The position numbers and the translations under genes are program-made. A stretch of DNA of 45,150 nt from a virus: positions 1 through 45,150 of the IMG/VR virus record IMGVR_UViG_3300000976_000009; one strand, given 5' to 3'. This document shows positions 36,504 through 45,150 of the stretch, in pieces. Positions within the stretch are counted from its first letter, which is position 1, and every line of letters starts with the position of its first letter. The notes under the pieces were generated by a model. That model searched no databases, was not told the origin of the DNA, and saw only the letters and a list, made by a program, of their open reading frames with translations.

Positions 36504-37724
36504 ATGGGGATTTATAGGAATACTGTAACGGTATCTACGGATACTATTTTAACATCACTTAATGAAAATATTAAGGTAGATGTGACTGCTGGTGCAATAG
36601 AACTTATGTTACCTATTGGTACTGGTGATTCTAGGGTGAATGATGTTATTAAAATAACACATAATACTGGTGACATTACATCTAATAATATTACTATTGT
36701 ACCACATACTGGTGGTACGGCAACAATATTAGGTGGACCAATAACTATTGATTCTACTAATGGTATTTCATTTTTAGAATTAACGGATAATAACACTTGG
36801 GTTAGTTTAGGTGGTTCTTCAAACACTGGTGGTAGTACTGGTAGTACGTCACCATTTGAATATTCACTTATCACTGCAATACAACCAGTATTAGGGTCAA
36901 ATAATTCTGATTCAGACTATGCATTTGTTGGTAATGGGTCTGGTAATACAATAACTAATGGTTCTAAATTTTCATTTATTGGTACTGGTAAGGATAATAC
37001 TATAAGTAGTTCATTCTATTCATCAATCATTGGTGGTATAGGGAATATGGTTGATAGCGGTTCATCAAATGCATTTATTGGTGGTGGTATGGGGAATAAT
37101 TTTACTAATGGTTCATTAAATTCATTTATTGGTGGTGGGTCTGGTAATACAATAACTAACGCTTCATTAAATGCATTTATTGGTGCTGGTAAGGATAATT
37201 CAATTATTACATCATCTCATTCATCAATCATTGGTGGGTCTGGTAATACGATTAATAGTGATTCATTAAATGCATTTATTGGTGCTGGTAAAAATAATAC
37301 TATAAATATTTTATCACCATACTCATCAATCATTGGTGGGTCTGGTAATACGATTAATCATAATAATTCACATATAATTGGTTCTAATATCACATCATTA
37401 TCAGCTGATACAACACATGTTGAAAAATTAAATATTAAACAACTTAATGGTACTACACCAATTATTCCTCTAGCTTTAGATGTAAATGGTATGGTTGTTA
37501 GTGCATCCACAACTAGTGGTCCAACCAAATTTTCTTTAACAACTGGGTTTACTGGTAGTGTTATACAGACAATAACACATAATTTAAATACAGATGAAAT
37601 AATAGCACAGGTGTGGAATTCATCTAATAATCAAGTTACCCCAACAATAAGTATTAATGGTTTAAATTCAATAGATATAATTGTTGGTAATACTGGAAAT
37701 TATAAAGTAGTAATAATAGGATAA
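36504..37724 (+). CDS. Fibre-like structural protein with SFIGGG repeats
   Basis: Shares a repeat block with 32810..36439; C-terminal TITHNLNT...VVIIG domain typical of phage fibre proteins. Confidence 0.75.
   Translation: MGIYRNTVTVSTDTILTSLNENIKVDVTAGAIELMLPIGTGDSRVNDVIKITHNTGDITSNNITIVPHTGGTATILGGPITIDSTNGISFLELTDNNTWVSLGGSSNTGGSTGSTSPFEYSLITAIQPVLGSNNSDSDYAFVGNGSGNTITNGSKFSFIGTGKDNTISSSFYSSIIGGIGNMVDSGSSNAFIGGGMGNNFTNGSLNSFIGGGSGNTITNASLNAFIGAGKDNSIITSSHSSIIGGSGNTINSDSLNAFIGAGKNNTINILSPYSSIIGGSGNTINHNNSHIIGSNITSLSADTTHVEKLNIKQLNGTTPIIPLALDVNGMVVSASTTSGPTKFSLTTGFTGSVIQTITHNLNTDEIIAQVWNSSNNQVTPTISINGLNSIDIIVGNTGNYKVVIIG
36920..37435 (+). repeat. Degenerate coding tandem repeats with near-identical recent copies
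   Basis: TCATTAAATGCATTTATTGGTGCTGGTAA twice; CATCAATCATTGGTGGGTCTGGTAATACGATTAAT twice. Confidence 0.85.
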
Positions 37725-38812
37725 TGAGTAGAATAATAGAAAGTAATTTAGATATTGTTGGTTTAACTGGTGAAACGTTTTCACTTAGAGTTAATTCTGA
37801 TAAATTGTTTATTGAAAATAACGGTAATATTGGTATTGGTACCAATAACCCTATTGGTAACTTACATATTGAAGATATTGGTATTATGAATACCTCATCT
37901 GGTCATACAATGAAAATAAATACTATCATTACTGATAAACTTAGTGGTGGTGATGGGGTAACCGCAAATCAATTCAGTGCATCATATCAAGGTACTACAT
38001 CATCTAACCACTATAGAACTATAAATGCGGTTGCACCGACATACACAAACAGTCCACCAAATTTTTATAGGTATGCAATTAGTGGTGATGGTTATGGTAA
38101 TGCATCTAACGATAGGGGTGTAGGTGTTTATGGTCGTAGTGGTAATGGACTAACTAGGAATATTGGTACATATGGTGCATTAATTGGGTCGGCTGGTTCA
38201 GTAGAGAATTATGGTATATTTGGTTATTCAAGAATGTCTTCTGGTGTTGGGGACCAATATGCTGGTCGATTTATTAATGCGGTTAATAATGCTTCTAATT
38301 CTGGTGACTTATTTGGTATTAGGGTTACTGTTAGTAATTCTGGTGCAGCTATTAATCGTAATGATTTAATAGCTGGTTATTTTGAAGCATTAAATGGTGC
38401 AACAAATTATTCAATTATTGTTCCACCAAATGGTGGTAGTGTTGGTATTGGTACGGTAGCACCAACTACTGATTTCCATATTGTTGGTACAACAAAAACA
38501 CAAGGAGGTAGAATTAGAAATATTACAACTGGTTCTTCAACATATAGTGCAATAACTACTGATAATGTAATTTCTATAAATGGTAATAGTGATATTATCA
38601 TTAATAGTGATAATTTTGAAATTGGTACTGAATTTATTTTAACCAAAATGAGTGGTGGGTTAGTTAAAATAAATTTAATTGGTGGTACAATAACCGTTAC
38701 TGGTGGTGTTAATGGGTTAACTACTTATGATTGGGGTGGTGCCGTTCAATTTAGTAGGGGTACAATAATAAAATTAAATGAGAGTATTTGGCTCTTTGAT
38801 TCAAATCATTAA
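37724..38812 (+). CDS. Tail-fibre-like protein
   Basis: GNIGIGTNNPIGNLHI and GSVGIGTVAPTTDFHIVG motifs; GVYG-type repeats. Confidence 0.75.
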   Translation: MSRIIESNLDIVGLTGETFSLRVNSDKLFIENNGNIGIGTNNPIGNLHIEDIGIMNTSSGHTMKINTIITDKLSGGDGVTANQFSASYQGTTSSNHYRTINAVAPTYTNSPPNFYRYAISGDGYGNASNDRGVGVYGRSGNGLTRNIGTYGALIGSAGSVENYGIFGYSRMSSGVGDQYAGRFINAVNNASNSGDLFGIRVTVSNSGAAINRNDLIAGYFEALNGATNYSIIVPPNGGSVGIGTVAPTTDFHIVGTTKTQGGRIRNITTGSSTYSAITTDNVISINGNSDIIINSDNFEIGTEFILTKMSGGLVKINLIGGTITVTGGVNGLTTYDWGGAVQFSRGTIIKLNESIWLFDSNH

Positions 38813-38824
38813 AAATATAATATT

Positions 38825-39106
38825 ATGGCTTTATTTACAATAGAGGAAGCAAATTTATGTGTGATACACACAAACACTAGGAAAGTTTATATAAATAATG
38901 AATTCAAATATTGGGTTATTGCTGTTATTGATAGTGATAACCAATATTATGATTGGAAAGATAAAAATTTAATTGAAAACCCAACAGATGAAATTATTAA
39001 ATCAACAATTCATACTTTTTTGATAACGAATTGTGAAAAAAAAATAATGAATAAAATAGTAAAAACACCATTGACTGGTGATATTGTTGGTTCCTATATT
39101 AGTTAA
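38825..39106 (+). CDS. Small hypothetical protein (possible fibre assembly factor)
   Basis: 93 aa, directly after the fibre genes. Confidence 0.6.
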   Translation: MALFTIEEANLCVIHTNTRKVYINNEFKYWVIAVIDSDNQYYDWKDKNLIENPTDEIIKSTIHTFLITNCEKKIMNKIVKTPLTGDIVGSYIS

Positions 39107-39157
39107 TTTACTTTATAATAAAATTATTTATTTCTAATATCCAAAATGCTTTTTAAC

Positions 39158-39185
39158 TTTACAAAAAACAATATTGTTTTATATT
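39158..39185 (+). promoter_or_regulatory. Promoter TTTACA-N16-TATATT
   Basis: Recurring motif; ends 6 nt before ATG 39192, suggesting a leaderless mRNA. Confidence 0.6.
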
Positions 39186-39191
39186 TTATAC

Positions 39192-40007
39192 ATGAAGAAA
39201 TTACATTTAATATCGGGAATGCCTAGAAGTGGTTCAACACTACTTTGTAATCTATTAAATATGAATGATAGATTTCATGCGACCGCAACATCTCCAGTAA
39301 TAGATGTTTTACACAATATGAGAAGTACCTTTTCTCATAACCCAACATTTAAAACAAATGATAGAATAACCCAATATGAAGGTATGAGAAAAGGTATGGA
39401 AGGTTTTATAAATGGTTTTTATTATGATAAAGAAGTTGTTTTTGATAAGTGTAGGGGCTGGACAAATAATCTACCTATGTTAGATGCAATATTGGGTCAT
39501 ACTAACACAAAAGTAATATGGACATATAGGAATCCCGTTGATGTTGTATCCAGCATTGAAAAACACTATCAAAAAACAATTCTATTAGAGAATCCAGATG
39601 AAGCTAGTGGTGGTGATTTTAGTACAATTGGTTCAAGGGTTGATAATTTCATAAATGATGGTGGGATTGTTGCTAGACCAGTGTGGTTATTAAACGATGC
39701 ACATGAGATGGGGTATGCCGATAGGGTTTTATTTATTAGGTATTGGGATTTGACTAATAAACCACAAGAGACTTTAAATAAAATTCATGATTTTCTTGGT
39801 GAGGATAAATATCAGTATGATACAAATAACTTCACTGATTTAAAACAAACAACCAGTGAGTTTGATGGAATGTATAATTTTAAATTCCCACACAATATTA
39901 AAGAAGGTGAACTTAAGTACGTTAAACATAGGGTAAACCTTCCAGAACATATTATTGAAAAAATTAACCATAGGTTCACTTGGGTTAACGATTTAGCTAG
40001 TAAGTGA
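39192..40007 (+). CDS. PAPS-dependent sulfotransferase family protein
   Basis: 5'-PSB loop ISGMPRSGSTLL; FDKCR; 3'-PB motif RNPVDVVSS; IRYWDLTNKP...IHDFLG; start moved to ATG 39192. Confidence 0.88.
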   Translation: MKKLHLISGMPRSGSTLLCNLLNMNDRFHATATSPVIDVLHNMRSTFSHNPTFKTNDRITQYEGMRKGMEGFINGFYYDKEVVFDKCRGWTNNLPMLDAILGHTNTKVIWTYRNPVDVVSSIEKHYQKTILLENPDEASGGDFSTIGSRVDNFINDGGIVARPVWLLNDAHEMGYADRVLFIRYWDLTNKPQETLNKIHDFLGEDKYQYDTNNFTDLKQTTSEFDGMYNFKFPHNIKEGELKYVKHRVNLPEHIIEKINHRFTWVNDLASK

Positions 40008-40016
40008 TATTTATAA
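40007..40016 (+). promoter_or_regulatory. Putative late promoter ATATTTATAA
   Basis: 12 nt before ATG 40029. Confidence 0.65.
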
Positions 40017-40028
40017 TAAAACGATATT

Positions 40029-40403
40029 ATGAATTTCTTTATAAACAAAAATGCTACATTACCAATTCTTAAATTGGAATTAATCAAGGATGGTCGTAAT
40101 GACTATAAAAAATTCCATGAAATGATTCAGAACTCAACAATCACCTTTAGTATGTCTGAGGTAGAAACTGGTATTAAAAAAATTGGTAAAAAACCAGCCT
40201 TATGTATCGTTAAAGAACCAGACAGTGATTGTACAGGTGAAGAATATTATTTAGCATATCAGTTTTCAAATAAGGAAACTAAAAAATCTGGGACATTTGC
40301 TGGACAATTTACCATTGAATTTGATGATGGTTCTGGTACATTAATAGTTCCAATCAGAGAAGAATTATTTATCCATATATTAGAAGGGTCAATTAAAAAA
40401 TAA
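40029..40403 (+). CDS. Small beta-sandwich structural protein (BppU N-terminal-like)
   Basis: FFINKNATLPILKLEL...YQF...T...GTFAGQFTIEF...LIVP pattern; late motif upstream. Confidence 0.55.
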   Translation: MNFFINKNATLPILKLELIKDGRNDYKKFHEMIQNSTITFSMSEVETGIKKIGKKPALCIVKEPDSDCTGEEYYLAYQFSNKETKKSGTFAGQFTIEFDDGSGTLIVPIREELFIHILEGSIKK

Positions 40404-40408
40404 TTAAC

Positions 40409-40435
40409 AAAAACCTTGTGGGTATGGTTTTTTTT
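40409..40435 (+). terminator. Probable intrinsic terminator
   Basis: AAAAACC-TTGTGGGTAT-GGTTTTTTTT; a second hairpin TTAAGCTT-TTAGAC-AAGCTTAA lies at 40448-40469. Confidence 0.55.
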
Positions 40436-40484
40436 ATGTTTTTTCGCTTAAGCTTTTAGACAAGCTTAATAATATTAAACATTT

Positions 40485-43400
40485 ATGCCACAAGAAACAA
40501 TTAAAAATACAGTTGATAGTGCTCTAATTGAGCAATTCCTTGAAGGACGAGACCCACAGAAATATATTGTGGGTATTGAGGCTAGCTATAGTAGTAACAA
40601 AGTATCATTAATCATTAACGACCCAGAACACGGTAAGTATATTGAAGAACACAAGTTCAAACCATTTATGTGGATGAAAGAGAGTGTTGCTGGTAGACTT
40701 TATGGTGGTAATAAGGCTAATCGTAGAGCTGCAATGGCTAGACATAAGGTTAGTATTAAAAAGTTATCAACCACAAATGAGCGAGGTGAAGAGCCAGATA
40801 GAATGGCTAGGGGTTTCAAATATATTGCTACATGTAACGGTACCCCAAATGATTTACAAAATTTCTTTAAATTTGGTGGGGTAGAAACTTATGGTGGTAA
40901 GGGTAAAGAGCGTTTATTTATGTCTATGAGACCAGAAGAACAATTTTTAATGCAAACTGGTAAACGACTATTTAAAGGTATGGATGATTATGATGATATC
41001 CATAGATTTCAGTTTGACCTTGAAACAATGGGTTTAGATGCACGTAGACACCCAATATTCCAAATTGGTATGAAGGATAATCGTGGATTTGAAAGAATTA
41101 TTGAAATAAAGGGTGAGACAGAACAAGAAAGAAGAGATTCTGAACGTGAGGCTATAAAAGAATTTTTCAAAGTAATTGATGCAATTAAACCAGATACTAT
41201 AACTGGATATAATTCAGAAAATTTTGACTGGGATTATTTTTATAAAAGATGTGAAGTTTTATACCTAAATATTGAAGCATTAGCTAAAACGTTAAATTCA
41301 AAAGTTAACATCAAGAGAAAGTCATCAACACTTAAATTAGGTCAAGAGACTGAATATTTTGAACAAACAATGCTATGGGGATATAATATTCTTGATATCA
41401 TACATGCTGTTCGTAAAGCCCAAGCTATTAATTCTAATATAAAAAAAGCTGGTTTAAAATATATCACACAATTTTCTAAAGTAGCTAAAAAGAATAGGGT
41501 ATATGTTGAAGGAGATAAATTACATTCAACATGGTCAAGTAAAGCAAATTTTTATCTTAATGACAAAAATGGGGATTGGTTTGAATACGATGATGAAAAC
41601 CCTAATCCAGAACATTTAGAAAAGATTTCTGGTGCTAATACACCATATGTTAGATGTAATGGTGACTATATTGTTCAACGTTATTTATTAGATGATTTAT
41701 GGGAGACTGAACAAGTTGATGCTATTTATAATCAAGCATCGTTCCTACTTTCTAAAATTCTACCAACATCATTTATGCGTTCATCCACAATGGGTACTGC
41801 GGGTACTTGGACATTAATTATGTCAGCTTGGTCATTGGAAAATAATTTAGCTATTCCAGATTTTGAACCAAAAAGAGAATTTACTGGTGGTCTTGCAAGA
41901 TTACTTGAGGTTGGATTTGCAAAGAGGGTGATTAAATTAGATTATGCTGCACTATATCCAAAAACACAATTAACACATGGTATTTTTCCAAAATTAGATA
42001 TTTCTGGTGTAATGGAAGGTTTATTAACATATGTTGTTGATACTCGTGATGAATTTAAGTTTAAGACTGGTGATGAAAAGAAATTGGCTAAAAAATTACA
42101 AGAAGAACTTGATAGTAAGCGAGATACATTAAATGTTGAAGAAATTAAAGCTTTTGAAGTTGAAATTAAAAAACATCAACGTCAATCTTCGGATTATGAT
42201 AAAAAACAACTACCTTTGAAAATTTTGGCTAACTCATTCTTTGGTTCATTTGGTGCACCATATTTATTTCCTTGGGGTGATATGGATTCGGCAGAAGAAA
42301 TTACGTGTAGAGGTCGTCAGTATTTAAGGTTGATGGTTAAGCACTTTACTGAAAAACATGGGTTTAGACCACTAGTTGGTGATACCGATGGTTTCAACTT
42401 TGCTATTCCAGACCACGTAGATGATGTTAAATACATTTGTACTGCTAGTCACTGGAAAACATCTAAATACACTGCTGGTCAAGAACTTACTGGTCTTGAG
42501 GCTGTATTAGCTGAATTCAATGAAGTTTATATGGAAGGTAGAATGGGTCTAGATATTGATGATATTTGTGAATCTACTATCAACTTTAGACGTAAAAATT
42601 ATGCCAACTTAATTGATGGTAAAGTTAAGTTGGTTGGTAATTCAATTAAATCTAAAGCCATGCCAATTTATATTGAAGAATTTATTGATAAAGGTGTTAG
42701 AATGCTTTTAGATGGTAAAGGTAAAGAATTTGTTGAGTACTATTATGAGTATGTCGATGATATCTATAATTGTAGAATTCCATTAGTTAAAATTGCAACT
42801 AAGAAGAGAGTTAAAATGTCAGTTGATGATTACAAAAATGTTTATATTAAAACTAAGACTAAGGCTGGTACTCTAAAGGCTAGACAAGCACATATGGAGT
42901 TAGCCATTAAACATAATTTACATGTTGATAATGGTGATACAATTTATTATGTTAATGTTGGTAATGTAAAATCAACTGGTGATATAAAAAAAGTAACTGA
43001 TAAAGAAACTGGTAGGGAGACGGTTAATCTTAACTGTAAGTTGATACCAAATGAACAAATTGAGAAGAATCCAGAATTAACAACGGATGAATATAATGTC
43101 CCTAAATATCTTGAAGCATTCAATAAAAGGATTCATTCATTATTGGTGTGTTTTAATCCAGAAATTAGAGAACAGATTTTAATTGGTGTTGAGAAAATTA
43201 AAATCAAGGGTGTTAAAGCTAAAGACTTAGAATGGTCTTTAGAGGAAAGAAGTCAATTTACAACTAAACAATGTGATATGCATTCTGGTACACCATTCGA
43301 GGAATCTGACCAAGATTCTTATGATGACCTTATGATTATGGAAGATAAAGAAATTAGATTCTGGTCTTCTGTTAATCAACTTCCAAACCAAATGGAAATG

Positions 43401-44273
43401 GAAGAATGGTTACCACTTGAGGCTGACTGGAAAGAAAGAAAGAGACAAGCTAGAATTGATGGGATTAGAGATGAGAAAATTCAATTAGATGAATTATTTA
43501 AGAGACTTGAAAAAGATGAGATTTCTTTAATTGAAGTGACTGGTGAGTTACCTAAACAAATTTTAGCCATAGCACATCCAACAATGCACTCAGAACATGG
43601 TTATTCATTCCATTCTGAAAAGTGGGATATTTGGTTATGTAAGTTAGTTGACTTGTATAAATATAAAGAGTTAGCATCTGAGAGAGATGCATATTATTTG
43701 GCTAATCCAGATTTGTTTAAAAAACTTAAACGTGGTCAAACTAAGTATGATATTTGGGAGACTCAAATGGTTATTGAAAGGGAAGAAAATGGTTTATCCA
43801 GTTCGGAAAGATTTAATCCAAACTGCACACAAAAACTTTGTTGTTCAGAAGAGTGGGATGGGATGTGTCCTTGTTATGAACAATTTGATGGTGATAAAGA
43901 TAAATTGAATGCTTACCTTGAAGAACAAAAACAAATTGTTAAAGGGGTACAACTTGAATTAGATTTAGGTGAACCTAAGATTGGTACGTGTAAAACTTGT
44001 GTTGATGAGCAGAAATCTTGTGAATGTTCAACAAAAGAACCAGCACCAATGTCAAAGATTGGTGAAACTGAGAAAAGATTTAAAGAATACCAAGATAAGG
44101 TTGATATTGATGTGGCTAAAGCCGAAGCGGATGTTTTGAAATATCAAGAAGAAAGGTTGAACACTAAAAGTGGTTTACCACCAGACCATGTGGAACCAGA
44201 AGAGAAATCGATTACTATGGATGATGTGTTGAAGTTTGATGAGGACGAAGACGATGATTTATGGAACTTCTAG
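40485..44273 (+). CDS. polB: Family B DNA polymerase with 3'-5' exonuclease and long C-terminal extension
   Basis: ExoI FDLET; ExoII GYNSENFD; ExoIII YLLDD; motif A DYAALYP; motif B KILANSFFG; motif C GDTDG; KNYA. Confidence 0.96.
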   Translation: MPQETIKNTVDSALIEQFLEGRDPQKYIVGIEASYSSNKVSLIINDPEHGKYIEEHKFKPFMWMKESVAGRLYGGNKANRRAAMARHKVSIKKLSTTNERGEEPDRMARGFKYIATCNGTPNDLQNFFKFGGVETYGGKGKERLFMSMRPEEQFLMQTGKRLFKGMDDYDDIHRFQFDLETMGLDARRHPIFQIGMKDNRGFERIIEIKGETEQERRDSEREAIKEFFKVIDAIKPDTITGYNSENFDWDYFYKRCEVLYLNIEALAKTLNSKVNIKRKSSTLKLGQETEYFEQTMLWGYNILDIIHAVRKAQAINSNIKKAGLKYITQFSKVAKKNRVYVEGDKLHSTWSSKANFYLNDKNGDWFEYDDENPNPEHLEKISGANTPYVRCNGDYIVQRYLLDDLWETEQVDAIYNQASFLLSKILPTSFMRSSTMGTAGTWTLIMSAWSLENNLAIPDFEPKREFTGGLARLLEVGFAKRVIKLDYAALYPKTQLTHGIFPKLDISGVMEGLLTYVVDTRDEFKFKTGDEKKLAKKLQEELDSKRDTLNVEEIKAFEVEIKKHQRQSSDYDKKQLPLKILANSFFGSFGAPYLFPWGDMDSAEEITCRGRQYLRLMVKHFTEKHGFRPLVGDTDGFNFAIPDHVDDVKYICTASHWKTSKYTAGQELTGLEAVLAEFNEVYMEGRMGLDIDDICESTINFRRKNYANLIDGKVKLVGNSIKSKAMPIYIEEFIDKGVRMLLDGKGKEFVEYYYEYVDDIYNCRIPLVKIATKKRVKMSVDDYKNVYIKTKTKAGTLKARQAHMELAIKHNLHVDNGDTIYYVNVGNVKSTGDIKKVTDKETGRETVNLNCKLIPNEQIEKNPELTTDEYNVPKYLEAFNKRIHSLLVCFNPEIREQILIGVEKIKIKGVKAKDLEWSLEERSQFTTKQCDMHSGTPFEESDQDSYDDLMIMEDKEIRFWSSVNQLPNQMEMEEWLPLEADWKERKRQARIDGIRDEKIQLDELFKRLEKDEISLIEVTGELPKQILAIAHPTMHSEHGYSFHSEKWDIWLCKLVDLYKYKELASERDAYYLANPDLFKKLKRGQTKYDIWETQMVIEREENGLSSSERFNPNCTQKLCCSEEWDGMCPCYEQFDGDKDKLNAYLEEQKQIVKGVQLELDLGEPKIGTCKTCVDEQKSCECSTKEPAPMSKIGETEKRFKEYQDKVDIDVAKAEADVLKYQEERLNTKSGLPPDHVEPEEKSITMDDVLKFDEDEDDDLWNF

Positions 44274-44279
44274 ATAAAC

Positions 44280-44307
44280 AAAAAGGCGAGCATTGCTCGC
44301 CTTTTTT
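44280..44307. terminator. Bidirectional intrinsic terminator between convergent genes
   Basis: AAAAAGGCGAGC-ATT-GCTCGCCTTTTTT. Confidence 0.9.
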
Positions 44308-44330
44308 ATTCTTAAATTTTAGATTGTGGT

Positions 44331-45149
44331 TTAGTAGAAATAAAAACCTAGCGGTCTATATTTTAAGTGTCTATTTAGATTTTCAGATTCGTTAGCCGCT
44401 CTTTCAACTTGTTTGTCACTACTCAACCTAGCTAGTCTTTCATCAAGTCTTTCTAATACCGCTTTACGCTCTTCATTACCCTCAGATATTAATGATTCGT
44501 AGTTCATTGTTCTTTCAGCCTCTGGTGGACCTACGATTCCCCCAAATTTACCTTGTGTCCTACCAAGAGCTCTTTTTGCCTCAGCGACAAATAATTGTCT
44601 CACTAGAGTTTTGGTTGGTTCATTAAAGTCTTTAAAATCTAATTTAGATAATGGAACTTCATTTGGGAGTTTGATAATATCTGGATTATCTGCTCTACAT
44701 TTGTCCGCATTACCATTAGTGTCATAGTAGTGATACCACACCTTACAGCCTTGTAAACCAATTCCACTTCCACCAGTTGCACCGTGAGCACCACCTTGAC
44801 CAAAAGTAAGTTTAGAGCCTGGAGTACTTAATAAATGCAATAACCTAGTGCCATCTGGTCCAGCGGTTAATTTATATACCATTTCACTTCTTAATAACCT
44901 ATTCTTTAAGTTCATATCTTGAGCTGTTAATAATACATCAAAGGCTGGTGCGATATAATAACCACCAGCACCACCTTGACCATAACCACCTTGTGCCCCC
45001 ATGCCGACTCCACCACCCATTTGTGCGAAACCACCACCAAAACCACCATCAAAACCACCCATATGACCATATAATGCATGGTCAGTAGAATTTGGTGTCA
45101 ACCAAAGTACTTCATTAACTTCTCTACCAGCTGGAATTTGATATACTTG
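44331..45149 (-). CDS. Neck / head-completion protein, T4 gp13-like (5'-truncated by window)
   Basis: Frame open to the window edge (QVYQIPAGREVNEVLW...); C-terminal VAEAKRALGRTQGKFGG...NYESLISEGNEER...RPLGFY resembles gp13. Confidence 0.7.
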   Translation of the reverse strand, partial: QVYQIPAGREVNEVLWLTPNSTDHALYGHMGGFDGGFGGGFAQMGGGVGMGAQGGYGQGGAGGYYIAPAFDVLLTAQDMNLKNRLLRSEMVYKLTAGPDGTRLLHLLSTPGSKLTFGQGGAHGATGGSGIGLQGCKVWYHYYDTNGNADKCRADNPDIIKLPNEVPLSKLDFKDFNEPTKTLVRQLFVAEAKRALGRTQGKFGGIVGPPEAERTMNYESLISEGNEERKAVLERLDERLARLSSDKQVERAANESENLNRHLKYRPLGFYFY

Positions 45150-45150
45150 T

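Noticed and set aside
34150-37435. Regularly spaced repeats resembling a CRISPR array
   Set aside because: In-frame, degenerate at third codon positions, encode SFIGxG units; no cas genes or leader
32810-38812. Possible diversity-generating retroelement TR/VR pair
   Set aside because: No reverse transcriptase in the window, and the duplicated segments are coding without clearly adenine-specific differences
28052-43908. Minus-strand and alternate-frame ORFs inside the fibre, sulfotransferase and polymerase genes
   Set aside because: By-products of codon bias and repeats within longer genes
40485-44273. Intein or intron in the long PolB
   Set aside because: No intein splice-junction or homing-endonuclease motifs seen; catalytic motifs are contiguous and the extra length is C-terminal
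1-45150. Stop-codon reassignment as in some large phages
   Set aside because: Genes are full-length in code 11, and both TAG and TGA end genes at sensible positions
1-45150. tRNA or rRNA genes
   Set aside because: Intergenic gaps are short and none shows a cloverleaf or T-loop consensus

Overview
AT-rich, densely coding segment of a large T4-like (myovirus-type) jumbo bacteriophage, standard genetic code. The host is possibly Bacteroidota, inferred from the lack of Shine-Dalgarno motifs and one TAnnTTTG element. Genes run on the minus strand from 28010 to 28, on the plus strand from 28071 to 44273, and a truncated gp13-like neck gene converges at the right edge. The window contains a gp5/gpV-like baseplate spike, a gp55-like late sigma factor, seven glycosyltransferases and a nucleotide-sugar modification cluster (WbpB-like dehydrogenase, three hexapeptide acyltransferases, deacetylase, methyltransferase). 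It also has PhoH, Pth2, dUTPase, an IMPDH/GMP reductase, a stand-alone WYL protein among putative head-packaged proteins, an ~11-kb fibre/structural block, a sulfotransferase and a family B DNA polymerase with a long Cys-rich tail. Two promoter classes can be read from the sequence: TTTACA-N16-TAnnnT, often fused to terminators, and a late motif (A/C)TATTTAT(T/A) 12-16 nt before ATG, the reverse complement of the T4 late promoter. The best leads are a possible virion glycosylation/sulfation system with a recurring [ST]GxT motif, a structured 5' leader with an 11-bp 5'/3' end-pairing repeat around a zinc-ribbon gene, a miniaturised neck-protein paralog, and a possibly virion-delivered WYL protein. 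All protein calls come from motif recognition; no database searches were run.
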